Assembly: GCF_018350175.1 (NCBI RefSeq)
Contig: NC_058368.1
Span: forward strand, 113,090,001-113,154,000
DNA: 64,000 nt
From: Felis catus
Lineage: Eukaryota
Direction of reading: 5' to 3'
Shown here: in pieces, positions 1-12,201 of the stretch
How the letters are laid out: each line of letters begins with the position of its first letter
Numbering within the stretch: the stretch's first letter is position 1
Position numbers and translations under genes: made by a program
The notes under the pieces: model-generated
Seen by the model: only the letters and a program-made list of their open reading frames with translations
Database searches by the model: none
Told to the model about the DNA's origin: nothing

Positions 1-1197
1 TAATGAGGTACCAATTAATCTGTCAATTTGGCAAAGATAAAAGCATATAGTAGTGAATTTCTGCCTCTGGAAATATCAAAGTAGGGTATTTCAGATTGAT
101 CCTTTTCCCACCCTTAGAAAGGCTGAAAAAAAAATACTGGAAGAATAATGTGTCTGAAAGTGTTAGAGAAACAATTAAAACTAGCAGATTCAAGATTTCT
201 AAGAGATAGGAAGCCAGAGAGGGGTGCCCAGCATTTGCAAAGCTCACTGCCCTCCCCCCACCAAAAAAATTTGGAGATTGGAAATTTGTGACAAAGACTG
301 AAAGATGAGCAGATAACAGCAGAAGAGAGGGTAAGAGCCTGAGCAGGGATTTTATCAGTCTCCTGCAATTGAGGGAAAATTGGAGTTCAGAGCTTGCTGA
401 GGGGTGGGGAGCTGGCTGGTAAATATCCCAGAGTTTCCATTTTGACCCCCTCCCCCAAAGATTTCATGCTGGATTAGGCCTCCCTTCACAAAGGATGAAG
501 TTCAATCCATAACTGCATTAAAGTGACCTGCCCCAGCTCGCTGCCTGCCAGAAATAATAAGGAATCCTCTCTGGAGGAGCATACATCCTCCAGAGCCTCA
601 AATGATACCTACGCTCTCCAAATACAAGCCTCATGGTCAAAATTAATCAGACCTAAAAGAATATAAAATAGGACCAAAAAAGAAAAAAGTCAACCAGACA
701 ATAGAAACAGACCGATGGGAGATCCAGATAGGGGAGTTATCAGAGGGGGATTTTAGCAGGGCCATGATTCAGAGATAAAAAAAAACAAATGGAGATTTAG
801 AGTAAATAACTATAAAACATAAAAAGAATATAATAGAAATTCTAGAACTGAAAATAAAATAACTGAAATAAGGATTTGATAAAGTTAAACAGAGAGTTAA
901 TAAAGCAGAATAAAGATCAGAAGAAGATACCAAGACTGAAGCAGAGAAAGACAATAATAGTGCTAGACAGAGGGAAGAGCACAGGAAACCTATCATTTGA
1001 GTCCCAGAAACTGAGATGGGAAAGAATGGATCAGAGGCAGTATTTGAAACATCAGTCGCTGAGAATTTTCCAAAACTGATGGAAGAAACCAAACCACATA
1101 TCCCACTCAGAAGCTCTCCACACCCAAAGTAAGGTAAATACAAAGAAAATCACTACCTAAGTACATCATAATAAAACTCATTTTAAAAATCAAAGGA

Positions 1198-1418
1198 GGG
1201 GCGCCTGGGTGGCGCAGTGGGTTAAGCGTCCGACTTCAGCCAGGTCACGATCTCGCGGTCTGTGAGTTCGAGCCCCGCGTCAGGCTCTGGGCTGATGGCT
1301 CGGAGGCTGGAGCCTGTTTCCGATTCTGTGTCTCCCTCTCTCTCTGCCCCTCCCCCGTTCATGCTCTGTCTCTCTCTGTCCCAAAAATAAATAAACGTTA
1401 AAAAAAATAAATAAAAAA
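1198..1418 (+). mobile_element. Can-SINE (young SINEC_Fc type)
   Basis: ggggcgcctgggtggcgcag tRNA-like head, (CT)n tract, aataaa and A tail. Perfect TSD taaaaatcaaagga at 1184-1197 and 1419-1432. Confidence 0.97.
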
Positions 1419-2002
1419 TAAAAATCAAAGGAAAAGGGTCTGGACAAGTGTCCAGAAAAAAAAAAAAAAAAAGGCAGGACAAAGGAATTGCGATATATTC
1501 ACACTATGGAATGTTATACAGCATAGGGATAAGCAGTTTAAAATTAGTTGCAAGAGCATTAAAAAAATCTCTATGAAAAATATTGAGTAAAAGAAGCCAG
1601 GCCTAAAAAAGCATATGTATTAAGTCCATAAAAATCATGAAGTTAAAAAAAAGAAACAAAATAAGCATGGATTTACAGTGAATGAAATCAGCAATGGTTA
1701 ACTCTAGGAGAGATAATAGTGACTGGAAGGTGAGAGGTAAAATGTGGTTAAATCTAAAAATGGTTGCATTAATCAATAATAAGAATATGGTTTTATGAGA
1801 TTTAAATATGTTTGAGTATGCACACACACACATCCACATATATGTGTTAAGATAAAGTATTTTATTTTTATAGGTATTACAGAGAAATATTCTAAAACTA
1901 TATTAAAATAACAACAATATCCAATAGGCAGGACAGTTAAAATGGAGTTAAAATTCTCTAATTACTTTGCATTATCCAGGAAGTATAAAAAATGCCACTT
2001 TA

Positions 2003-2201
2003 GGGGCACCTGGGTGGCTCACTCAGTTGAGCATCTGACCCTTAACTTAGGCTCAGGTTATGATCTTGCAGTTCGTGGAATAGAGGTCATGTTGGGCTCT
2101 GTGCTGGCAGCGTGGGGCCTGCTTGGGAGTCTCTCTCTCCCTCTCTCTTTCTGCCCCTCCCCTGCTCATGCTCTCTTTCTCTCTCAAATAAATAAACATT
2201 A
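2003..2201 (+). mobile_element. Can-SINE (older subfamily)
   Basis: ggggcacctgggtggctc head, CT tract, aataaa. TSD aaaaaatgccacttta (1987-2002) / aaaaaataccacttta (2202-2217). Confidence 0.93.
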
Positions 2202-2593
2202 AAAAAATACCACTTTATAAGGAAATATTATGCTATATTTTAATATTTAGGACGATAAGTAGAAGGATAGCAAAAGCATATATAACTAACAAGCAAATAC
2301 AGGAGAAAAAATAAGATAAAAAATAGGTATCTCCAAAAGAAATGAGGATTAGAAAACAAGAGTATAGAATAGATGGGATAAATACAAACTCAAAGAAAGA
2401 TAGTAGATTTAAGCCCAAACGTGTCAGCAATCACATGACGTGTAAACTCAACATCCCAATTAAATGACGAAGATTGTCAGGTGAGAAATTTTTCAAAAGC
2501 TGTTTGCTGCTCACAAAAGACACACTTTAATATTCAAGGAAAAAGAAAGATTAAAGTAAAATGATGAAAACAGACAGGCCACGTAAACATTAT

Positions 2594-2909
2594 TGCTATG
2601 GTCTGAATATTTGTGTCCTGCTGAAATTGATATGTTGAAACCGTAACACCCAAGGATCATGGTGTCAGGAGGTGGGGCCTCTGGGAGGTGATAGGTGTAA
2701 GGGTGGAGCCCTCATGAATGAGATTAGTGCCCTTGTAAATAAGGCTCCAGAGAACTCCCACCACATAAGGACATAGCAAGATGTCTGTCACCTGGAGGAG
2801 GGCCCTCGCTCATGCCCTCAGGAGCTCTGATCTCAGACTTTCGGCCTCCAGCACTGTGAGCACAAAAATTCTGCCGTTGATAAGCTGCGCAGTCTACAGA
2901 AACACTACA
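2594..2909 (+). mobile_element. MaLR solo LTR (MLT1A-like)
   Basis: Starts tgctatggtctgaatatttgtgtcc; contains ggagccctcatgaatgagattagtgccctt and tctcagactttcggcctccagcactgtgag; ends ...ctaca. Confidence 0.85.
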
Positions 2910-3571
2910 GATGGTTACCTGACTTGCTCAAAGGCACACATCTAATGATCAGGGTCGCATCAGAATGTGCATCTTTTCTGACACCAAACTGGTTTTCTCT
3001 TTCCATTGGCTCATCTCCTTTCAGTGGTCCTACTGCCTACTCCATGTCAGGAAAGGGAGGTTTTGTAGGTGGAAAGGCTGGACCTGATGTGCCTGGTCTG
3101 AGCATCCCGTGACACTCCCGTGCAGTCAAGTGGGAGGGCACCTGCATCCTGCAGCGGGCCGCCCTGTCCGGCCTGAGTCCCCTGCTCTTGTCTCAAAGCT
3201 CTCTCTGCAAAGTGCACATCTGATGCTCTCAGGGCACTATCGCTCTCTAAGTGGCAGATCTTAATGCTCCTAATTGTCATCCATTATATCATCATGACTT
3301 TTTTTGTGGAATTAAAATCCTTTTCGTGAAAGGGCAAAGAAAGTTCAGCTGCTTGACAGCATATCCCAAACTTCTTTACTGGGTTAGTTGGTTCTTTAAA
3401 ATTTGCAGCCGTGACTCCAGAGTGACATTCATTATCTTTCCCGGAGGCAGTTTGTGGGGAGGATGTGGGAGTCACGCAGTCACCTCTGCTGTTAGCGTTT
3501 TCATTTCATTTTTAAAATTTTATTTATTTTGTTACTGTATTTTTTTCATTTGAAAATGAAAACTCCTGAAT

Positions 3572-3748
3572 GGGGCGTCTGGGTGTCTCCGTCAGTTAAG
3601 CGTCCGACTTCAGCTCAGGCCGTGAACTCATGGTTCATGGGTTTGATCCCCGTGTCGGGTTCTGTGCTGACAGCTTGGAGCCTGGAGCTTGCTTCGGATT
3701 CTGTTTCTCTCTCTCTCTCTCAAAAATAAATAAACATTAAATACAATG
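3572..3748 (+). mobile_element. Can-SINE
   Basis: ggggcgtctgggtg head to aataaa tail. TSD aaatgaaaactcctga (3554-3569) / aaatgaaaactgctga (3749-3764). Confidence 0.93.
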
Positions 3749-3996
3749 AAATGAAAACTGCTGAGCAGTGTGTCCTTAAGGGCAGGGGCGATAACTTATT
3801 AGCCTCCGTGGGGCTGGCACAGTGCCGGATACACTCCAGGCAATCGTTAAATACTTCTCAGATAAAATTCTGGTGTCTTCACCATTCCATTTGTCAACCA
3901 CTTTTGAATCTTCTGCCTTCAAATCTAGGAGGTAGCCCTCAGGCTTGATGGAATTGGAGTAAAACATATGTAGAATGGCAGAAAGAGAAATGTTAC

Positions 3997-4214
3997 GGGG
4001 CGCCTGCGTGGCTCAGTCGGTTTAAGCGGCTGACTTCAGCTCAGGTCATGATCTCGTGGTCCGTGAGTTCGGGCCCTGCGTCGGGCTCTGTACTGACAGC
4101 TCAGAGCCCGGAGCCTGTTTCGGATTCTGTGTCTCCCTCTCTCTCTGACCCTCCCCCGTTCGTGCCCCGTCTCAAAAATAAATAAAGGTTAAAAAAAAAA
4201 ATTAAAAAAAAAAA
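3997..4214 (+). mobile_element. Can-SINE
   Basis: ggggcgcctgcgtggctcagtcgg head, A tail. TSD agaaatgtta at 3986-3995 and 4215-4224. Confidence 0.95.
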
Positions 4215-4889
4215 AGAAATGTTATGTCCCTTCTTACAGGTGAGGAAACTGAGACACTGAAATGCGGGACCCAAGAGCTATGCAGCAGAACCACAGCTGA
4301 GGCAGAGCTGGTGAGTGATGATCAGCTACCTTCCCTCTGCGCCTTCCTACCTGGACCCCTTCCTGGACCTCCTGGGTTGGTTCACACTTCTCCTCCTTCT
4401 GATCTTACCATGGCAGAAGTTACTCCTCTCTTAAGGCAGAGCTTGAGTTACGTGCAGCACTGAGGTGAAAGCCCTTCGTTCATCAATATCAAAGCAGGGA
4501 GCAAAGTCAAGTGCCGTGAATTCTTTCTCATCTAAGTTCTGAGGCAGCATCTTTTTTGCCTGTGTCAAAAGAAGTGACTAGCATCACATTCCATGGCCGT
4601 TGTTTGTTGACCTGTTGATCTCCCCCCTCCCCATCCCATCCCTGCCGTGGGGTGGCTGGAGGTTCCTGGAGAAACAGTGAGCGGTCATGGAGCGAGTTCA
4701 GACTCCAAAGTCACAGCCCAGCTCTGGAGCCTTGGCTGTGCTCTCTCCTTCAGTAAACAATGACTGCCAGGTGCCTTGCCGTGTTTGGGCGTGCAGGTGT
4801 CATGACAATAAGACAAGCATGGTTGCTGTCCTTATGGAGCCTGCGAAGTTACATCTGGAAAATGGGCATTGGATGAATGAATAAAAGCA

Positions 4890-5030
4890 CAGCTAATATT
4901 GATGAGTGCTTACCATATTCTAGACACTGTGCCAAATACTTTTCGTGTGTGTATTTGAAGATGGGCCAGCAGGTGGCAGAGCTAGAGATTCAAACCATAT
5001 TCACATCTGTCTGACTCTAAAGCCCAAAGC
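4890..5030 (-). mobile_element. MIR fragment
   Basis: gagtgcttaccatattctagacactgtgccaaatac...ggcagagctagagattcaaacc...tctgtctgactctaaagccc matches the reverse complement of the MIR consensus. Confidence 0.7.
4966..4979 (+). promoter_or_regulatory. Candidate CTCF site inside a MIR
   Basis: CCAGCAGGTGGCAG is a 14/14 match to the degenerate core CCASYAGRKGGCRS. Motif only; no occupancy evidence. Confidence 0.4.
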
Positions 5031-5309
5031 GATGAATGAGGAGTAGATAGAAAATACCACCAAGGTCTGGCACTTAGTAGGCAGCGTGGCTGAGTGTGGT
5101 GAATCTAGATTGTAATCAGAATAGGGCTTGTGGCCTGCCTCCGCCCCCTCTATGATGATGAACCATAGGGGTGAGGCCACATTAAGCTCCGGCGGGGTGG
5201 GAGGCAGGGCCAGGGTCAAGTCAGGCAGCTTCACTGCTTTATCTTTAGCTTCTGGCACAAAAAAGGTCGTAGAATCCACTTACGCTGACCTGACTTATAA
5301 CATCCTGGG

Positions 5310-5672
5310 ACGCTCCCACATGGATCGTGAACCTTGAAAACCCAGTGCTCAGTGAAATAAGCCAGACACAACAGGACAAATATTATGTGATACCACTCAT
5401 ATGAGGTACCTAGAATAGTCAAAGAGAAAGGAAGTAGAATAGAGATTACTGGGGACTGGGGGGAGGGGAAAAGGAGGACCTAATCTTTCACGGGTACAGA
5501 GTTTCTGTCTAGGATGATGAACACATTCTGGAAGTCGACTGTGGCAATGGTTGCCTGGCGCTGTGAATGGACTTCTGCCACTGAGTCCTTCCCTTTAAAA
5601 ATGGCCCAAAGTGGTAAATTTTATGTTCTGTGTATTTACCATAAAATATAAATAACTTTTTTAATTAAAAAA
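5310..5672 (+). mobile_element. L1MB-type LINE-1 3' end
   Basis: gaaccttgaaaacccagtgctcagtgaaataagccagacacaacaggacaaatattatgtga...gggtacagagtttctgt...ggtaaattttatgttctgtgtatttacc. Flanked by aacatcct on both sides (possible TSD remnant). Confidence 0.85.
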
Positions 5673-8184
5673 ATAAACATCCTCGGAAACCACGCTCTGT
5701 TGCAGAAGCTTAGAAAATAGTCTGAGGGGGCAGAACTGCGAGATACAAATGAGGAAATCATTTCACGAGACATGCTGTGGCTGATTAATTATTGATACCC
5801 CTCTCACCACTAATAATGACATCTTCTCGTGTATATTGAGGCTTTGCTTTGTGTACTCGGCTACCACCAGGAGGGAGGCTGTTATGTCCGTTGGACACAA
5901 AAGACAGCTTCACTGCTTTCCTATGGCTCCACAGCCAGTGGGCGGGAGGGTCTGGATTTGAGCTCAGGTCCCAGATGTAACCGTCCCAGCAGGCAGTGCT
6001 TCCTGAGGCTCCTCCTTGGGAAAAGTGCCCTCAATCCAAGCAGATCCTGACTTGCTTAGTTGAGATTTGCGCAGTTAAGATAACAGGAAGGTTCTAATCA
6101 AATCCATATGCTTTGGGGGCCAATCAGATCTTCCGCTAACCAGAACTCTCCACAAATAATGGTGCACCTGAAATGGGCTTCCTTAGGTGGAAGGGGAAGC
6201 CTACTTTTTATCAAATGATCTCACCTGAAGCAGTCCCTGTCCCCTTCCCAGAGGACAAGCAAGTGCATGAGGCCAGGCTCTGTGTCTTAGGCAGCTGACA
6301 TTCCTTCTAAGGCCCCCTACTGCTCCAAGGAGACCAAACAGCAATGTCTGTCCTTTGTCCTAACACAGGGCTTCTCCAGACATTACCATTTGCTCCCTGA
6401 GGGGGCACACAAATGCTCACATTGCCCCTGGCCCAGGGAAGACCTCCCTGGGGAGAGGTCAGTTAAGTCAAGTACTTAGCTCCCCTTGGTTGTTCATCTT
6501 TCTCCTCCTCTGCTACCCTGCTATACTGCCGATATTGTGATTCAAGAATGACCCACACTGGATTAAAGAGGGGAGCGATTCCTCTCCAAGACCCGCCTCA
6601 TTTCTCTGTCTTACTGCACATGGAAGGGTACGGGGCCCCAGGAGACATTTGAATGAATGAAAAAAAAAATGAAGTGTTAGCAGTGGGCGGTGAGTGCCCT
6701 GGCCCCCGATAGGTGGGGGGAGGGGATTCTTACGATGGTGGCCCTTGGAAGATCTCCCCGTGGTGTCCCAAGGAATGTCTCAGTGCGGGACTTAGCAGGC
6801 GTGTCTCAGAGCAGTGTGCCACGCTCGGAATGCCTTGGCCATGGGAATGGACTCAGAACTCCCACACGGTGATGCTCCAGTCTGCCTTTGTGGGGCCGCG
6901 TGTAATGGGAGTCAGCTCGGGAGCCAGAAAGCGGCCCTGCCTCCGCGCGAGAGAAAACAGTGGCGCTGTTAGCCGTGGGTCACAGGAAGGTCACATGCAG
7001 CAGGGAACAAGACCGTGCTTAGCCTGTCATGAGCATTTCAGTAAATGCTAGTCGTGATTTTTCTCCTGGATATTATGAAGGAGTCAGGGTGTTCGATGCC
7101 AGATAAGAAAGGACCTACTCCCTGTTAGCCCCAGTTCTAGAAACAAAGGTCAGCAAGTTCTGAATAAATTCAGTTTTAGAGTAACCTTTTTTTTTTGTTT
7201 ACTGGTGTTGTCCATTTTGTACTTTTACTTGGAAAGTGAATTACGAAGGCAACGTTTGTTACAGAGACAGTAACTACAGCGAAGTGCGGCAGCACAGAAA
7301 GTAGCTCGCGAACAATCCTATCCCCAAAACAAATTCAACATTGTTGTCCTAATTCCGTCCAGGTTCTGTTTTCTTCTGTGATTTGTATTTATTTCTGATT
7401 TTTTAAGTAACACATTGTATTCCAAACCCAGCAAAAAGACAAAAGAAGGACAAAAGCAGAGGACACATTTAAATTGTGTCAGCTGAAGAGAACTTAGCAA
7501 AGTTACTGTTGGTGAGGGCATGGGCAGGATGTGAGGGTGCTGGGGACCCCAGGGGTCCGGTAACCTGGGCTGCCATTGCCACTGCCATTCACAGCCTAAG
7601 GGTGGGGCGAGGGAGAAACAGTGTTCAGACCCAAGACAGCCAGCTAGCGAGCTGCATGGGGAGGGCCCCTCGTCAGGAAGAGTGTGTGATGGGACAGCAT
7701 GGGATGGGTGTGTATGCTTGTCCTTGATCTTTACTCTCCCTGCTGGAGGCCCCTGGAGACCAGGGAGAGTGGTTACCCCTCAGGGCGGTCGGCCTCCCCA
7801 AGCACAGGACGGACAGGTGGACAAGGGTAGAGGGACAATCTGGAGGGGCAAACAGAAGACCTCCAACCCACAGAGGAGCACGTTCCTGAGGTCTAAATAT
7901 TCAAACATTACAGGCAACGCTACCCTTCCCCCTGAAGAGGTGACCGTTGGTTTAAGTTTGGTATGGATCCTTCCAGACGTTTTTCTATGCGTAGTTACCT
8001 GAATGATATATGCCCAAAGTATGCAGTTTTGTTCTGCCCATGTGGGTGTGTGTATTTTATAAACGGTATGATAGAGTGTGCATGGTTAAACAACTTGCTT
8101 TTGTTCTCAGCAGTATTTTTTGGACTCTGTATGTCAGCTCATGTACCCTAGTATTTTAACCCCTGCAAAGTGTTTCGCAGCATG

Positions 8185-8866
8185 GTCCGTGGAGGGCCGT
8201 TTCCCAATATCTTAGTTTTCGCTCTTTTCTGGGGACCTGACAGCATTGTAGTTCCCCACTCGATTTAACTCAGGTGTGCCAGCATAATTTCCTTTGAGCA
8301 AGGGCATTTAAACCAAATTCCCACGTGTCACTTCCACGCAAAAGCTTTTTAAGAGCCAAGGAGAGCCTCACCATCTCTCTTCCTTTGCCTTGGGAACTAG
8401 GGATGTTTTAAACCAGCTCTGTCCAATAAAAATATAGTAAAAGCTGGTCAATAATTTTAAATGTTCTAGAAGCCACATTTTTTTTAAATTTAAAAATCAA
8501 GTAAAATTAACTTGATAATAAATTTTTTTTACCCAGTATATGTAAACGTTCTCATTTCAACATGCAATCAAGATTGAAATTAATTGAGATATTTGACATT
8601 TTTAATCCTCAGCCTTTGAAATACAGTGTGTAATTTACACTTACAGTGTATATCTGTTCCAACCAGCCACGTCCCCAGCGCTTAGTGGCCACATGTGGCT
8701 AGCAGCTACCACATGGTTCTACCTGGATCTCAGGGTGCCACAGAGCTGAATCCGCAGCGAAAGTGTGTCAGGCATACAGTGTCAGTGAGAGAGAAGCCTT
8801 TTCTCTTTCCTTAAGGCATCAGGATTGCACTGTTGTCTCCCCCCACCTGGTCTATCCAGACACACC
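8185..8866 (+). mobile_element. Old MaLR LTR (MLT1I/J-like) interrupted by MER33
   Basis: gtgtcacttccacgcaaaagctttttaagagcc motif in the left part; gtgagagagaagccttttct...ttaaggcatcaggattg in the right part. Confidence 0.5.
8414..8716. mobile_element. MER33 hAT-Charlie non-autonomous DNA transposon
   Basis: cagctctgtccaataaaaatata start, AT-rich body with catttcaacatgcaatcaa, and end gtggccacatgtggctagcagctacc, all as in the MER33 consensus. Confidence 0.85.
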
Positions 8867-9210
8867 TGTTGTAACTCATTTGATCATTTCCCCGTGGGTG
8901 GATGTCCAAGTTTTTTCCAGTTTTTCGCTCTTATAAAAAATGTGTTGATAAATATCCTTATGTGCATTTGTTGTGTTCACATGCAAGTTTTTTTTTCCCC
9001 TGGGGTAATCACTCAAGAATGAAATCATGTATACTTTCTGTCTAACAAATCTATCTAAAAGGCTGTCCGGGTTGACTTTACAAATTTTCACTTGTATCTG
9101 CAGTGTATGAAAGTACCCTTTTACCTCCTCACTAACACTTGATGTCATCATTTTTTCATTTCAAAGTTTTTTTTTATTTTTTGTATTTACGTCCCTGATA
9201 TTATATATTT

Positions 9211-9430
9211 TTTTAAATTTTTTTTTAACGTTTGTTTATTTTTGAGACAGAGAGAGACAGAGCATGAACGGGGGAGGGGCAGAGAGAGAGGGAGACACAG
9301 AATCTGAAACAGGCTCCAGGATCTGAGCCATCAGCACAGAGCCTGACGCGGGGCTCGAACTCATGAACCGCGAGATCATGACCTGGGCCGAAGTCGGACG
9401 CTTAACTGACTGAGCCACCCAGGTGCCCCC
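9211..9430 (-). mobile_element. Can-SINE
   Basis: T tail, (GA)n tract, ...gactgagccacccaggtgcccc. Degenerate TSD tgatattatatattt / tgatactatattt. Confidence 0.95.
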
Positions 9431-10839
9431 TTGATACTATATTTAACACGATATACAGCCTGTTCTTGTTAACGTCATAAATACCTTAATCTAATAAACA
9501 TTTTTATAAACCTTGATTTTCAGAGGTAAGTGTAAACACATGGCATGGATATACTGAGTTTATCAAACCATTTCCTTAGTTTTCTGGACATTTGGATTTC
9601 TCACCTGAATTATACTTAACACCATAGTGAACATCTTTGTACATTGAACTTTTCCACACTTCACTTATTTGTCTTTGGGATAAATTCTAAAAGTGTAATT
9701 GTTGGGTCAAAGGATTAGCCTATTTTGGTTAAGGTCCTTGATATTTGCAAGCAGATCCCCCCCCCCCCCCCGTTTATATCAATTACACTCCTTTAGGGAA
9801 GTTTCAAATTTGTATATGACATATCCCTGACACAGTTCCCATGTGCAGAGGCTTTTAGATCCATTCTTGCATCTAGTGCTCATAAGGGTCTTGTGAGATT
9901 AACAAAAAGAAAACTACCTGTCCAGAGTCACATGGCAGTTAGGAGACAATGCAGGCACCTGAACTCAGCTTTGGACCACAAATGTAGGCTTTTTGGTTTT
10001 TTTTGATTTGTTTGATATATCTCCTGTCTCTTTCACACTGCCCATGGAAAAACAGCCTTCTCTTTGATCCCTACTTGAGCCACAACTCTTGGCCCTAAAT
10101 AACTTATTAATTTAGGTCTCTGAGTAGAGAGAATTAATCTTAGCAATGGCTTCTTTCTATACGAAGACCTCCTCGGTGCCTAAAAAAGGGAGTGTCAAGC
10201 TGTACCTCCAAGGTGCCAGGAGAGGGCACTGCTGGCCCACAGTCTGCTTCAGAAACCAAGAGAAAGCTCTCGGGGAGGAGGCTGACAGTTTTTGAAATGG
10301 TTTCCCTAGGAGAGTGAGAGACCTTTTACTGAAGGAATATTAAGCTGCTGTTGGGCGTACAGAGCTGTTTGCCAATGAGACTCGCTGGGGCTCTCTATTC
10401 AGGTGATTTATGCACACAAACGAATCACCTTGTTTCAAAATGAAAGTGGATCCATCATAAAATGTTGAACTGTTGCAAGTGGAAACCATGGCGTGGATTT
10501 CTTAGTGTACTTCTTAGAATTGCAGACAACAGTGATCTGCAAACGGGGAAATAAGGCCAAACGCAAAATTTGCTCTTAGTGTTTCATGGGGTTCAGTGTG
10601 TCAGAAAAGATCAGACACTGTCTCTTGACATTTTCACGTGTTGTTCCTTGGACACTATTGAAGTGCTCTAAGTGTTAGCTGAAAGGTTGCTTTGTGCCCT
10701 CCGAGGAGGCACAGACATCCCTCCCCTGCTGGGGTCTGAGTTCCTTTCTTGCCTGGACCTTGACCATAGTATCCTGATTGGTTTTTCTTCCCCCGCTGCC
10801 ACATCTCCAGGCCCCTGTGCCCACCCTAACTTCCTCGCC

Positions 10840-11415
10840 CCTACTCCTCAGCCTGAATGAACTTTCCATAAAAGGATTTGGTCTCACCACTCGCCTCCTG
10901 AAAACCCCTAGCAGTTTCCCACTAGGTGTAAGATAAAAGCCTTCCCATGTCATATGGGACCTTCATACCCAGGCCTCCCCCTGCTCTCCCCACCTCGTTT
11001 TATGCCGCTCTTCCTGTGCCCTCTCCCCCTACCGTGCTCTGCTCACGCTGAACTTGTGTCCTCCAAGGATGCTTTAGCTCCTTAACATTTCCACAGCTGT
11101 GTTTCTGCTCCTCCCTCTGCCTGGCAAGTTCTTCCCCATTGTGTTCAACCCACCCTCCACATTACTGCTCCTTCTTCCAAATGTAGGCAACAAGTCACCT
11201 CTTCCTGCCCTCTTTTCTCAGTATTCAGATAGTCCCTCCTCTGTTGGTTCTGCCACGGGTGACTGTAGGTCCCTGTCATCTTGTCATTTCTCATTTTGTT
11301 TGTCCATCAGTTCCTCTGTACAGAGAGCTTCTACAGGAAAGAGACCATATCTCATTCTTCATTTTATTTCCAAATCCAAGCTTATGCCTGGTATGTAATA
11401 GACTCTCAATAAGCC
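10840..11415 (+). mobile_element. L2 LINE 3' fragment
   Basis: Pyrimidine-rich L2 body (ctgctcctccctctgcctggcaagttcttcccc) ending gagcttctacaggaaagagaccatatct...tgcctggtatgtaatagactctcaataag. Confidence 0.75.
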
Positions 11416-12155
11416 ATTATTATCACTAATTACATTTGTATTTGGATAGAGAGGCCTTGCATGAACTTCAGTCATCTGGCAACATGCCGTGTCTACCGTT
11501 CTAAAAATGTTTGATGTTCCGAGTGGTCGTGATTTATAATTTTATAATTCACACTGAAGATGATGCTTGTTTATGCTTACTTTCATTTCTTTCTTCTTCC
11601 GGATGATTTTATTTGGAAAGAGGGTACCAGATGCTAGAATTTGGGTCAAGGCCAGCATAGGTTTCTTAAAAGCAATGGAATTTCAATGAAAGGAGAGATT
11701 TTCTAATGGGTAAGAGGGAAAAGAGGCTCTGAGGATTTGGCAGAGGAAGGCAGCAAGACCAAGTGGAGATGGAAGCAAGGATCCTTGAGCGCAGGGCCGC
11801 CACACTGTAGGTAGGGAGGTGGGAGAGGACAGCAGTGAATGAGGGAGGAGAGAGAGGCATGAGTTTGGCCATTGACTCGTCCTCCTCCAACTTCCATTTC
11901 TGCTCCCAGTAACAGGAATTAACATTGGTAATTGGTAAAAGGTTAATTGCCAGGTTTCTACCAACTCCCCGTATTCTTCCAGAGGAGTTCTGAATGATCT
12001 TGGGATGTGGAAAGTCACTAAAGGGAAACTTCTTCACCCAGAGATCTGTGGAGCTTCTTACTTTATGCTGCACACTATTTTAATGAATCTTGAAACTCTT
12101 TGTAGGAGTCCTGTATCCACACGGAGAGTCATAGCCAGCAGCCTCTACAACCACA

Positions 12156-12201
12156 TGTGTGCATGTGCACGTGCATGTGCATGCACGTGCACATGCACAC
12201 A
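12156..12201. repeat. Perfect inverted repeat (22-bp arms, 2-nt spacer) in an alternating purine-pyrimidine tract
   Basis: tgtgtgcatgtgcacgtgcatg-tg-catgcacgtgcacatgcacaca; arms checked base by base as exact reverse complements. Confidence 0.95.

Larger units (their letters stand above)
56..2590 (+). mobile_element. Ancient L1ME/HAL1-type LINE-1 5' portion (5'UTR, ORF1 remnant, start of ORF2), fragmented and interrupted by two SINEs and an old L1 3' fragment (about 1475-1760)
   Basis: Degenerate ORF1-like text (gagaattttccaaaactgatggaagaaaccaaacc...aagtacatcataataaaact, about 1060-1178) and endonuclease-start-like text (gtaaactcaacatcccaattaaatgacgaagattgtcag, about 2440-2480). A-rich sense strand, no open frame. 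Boundaries approximate. Confidence 0.6.
7920..9190 (-). mobile_element. Ancient L1ME 3' region split by an LTR and a MITE
   Basis: L1ME-like text at about 7920-8180 continues at about 8870-9190 (ttttttccagtttttcgctcttataaaaaatgtgttgataaatatccttatgtgc). Confidence 0.6.

Noticed and set aside
1198..1280. tRNA-like A/B-box sequence
   Set aside because: It is the tRNA-derived head of a Can-SINE, followed by a CT tract, A tail and TSD; the same applies to all copies.
1439..1472. 8-bp hairpin tctggaca-ag-tgtccaga followed by A17, terminator-like
   Set aside because: Eukaryotic repeat context, a short stem expected by chance in 64 kb, and no U tract after the stem on either strand.
1222..1482. Recurrent peptide MNGGGAEREGDTESETGS... 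(also 17641-17868 and similar frames elsewhere)
   Set aside because: Antisense translation of Can-SINE copies, not a gene family.
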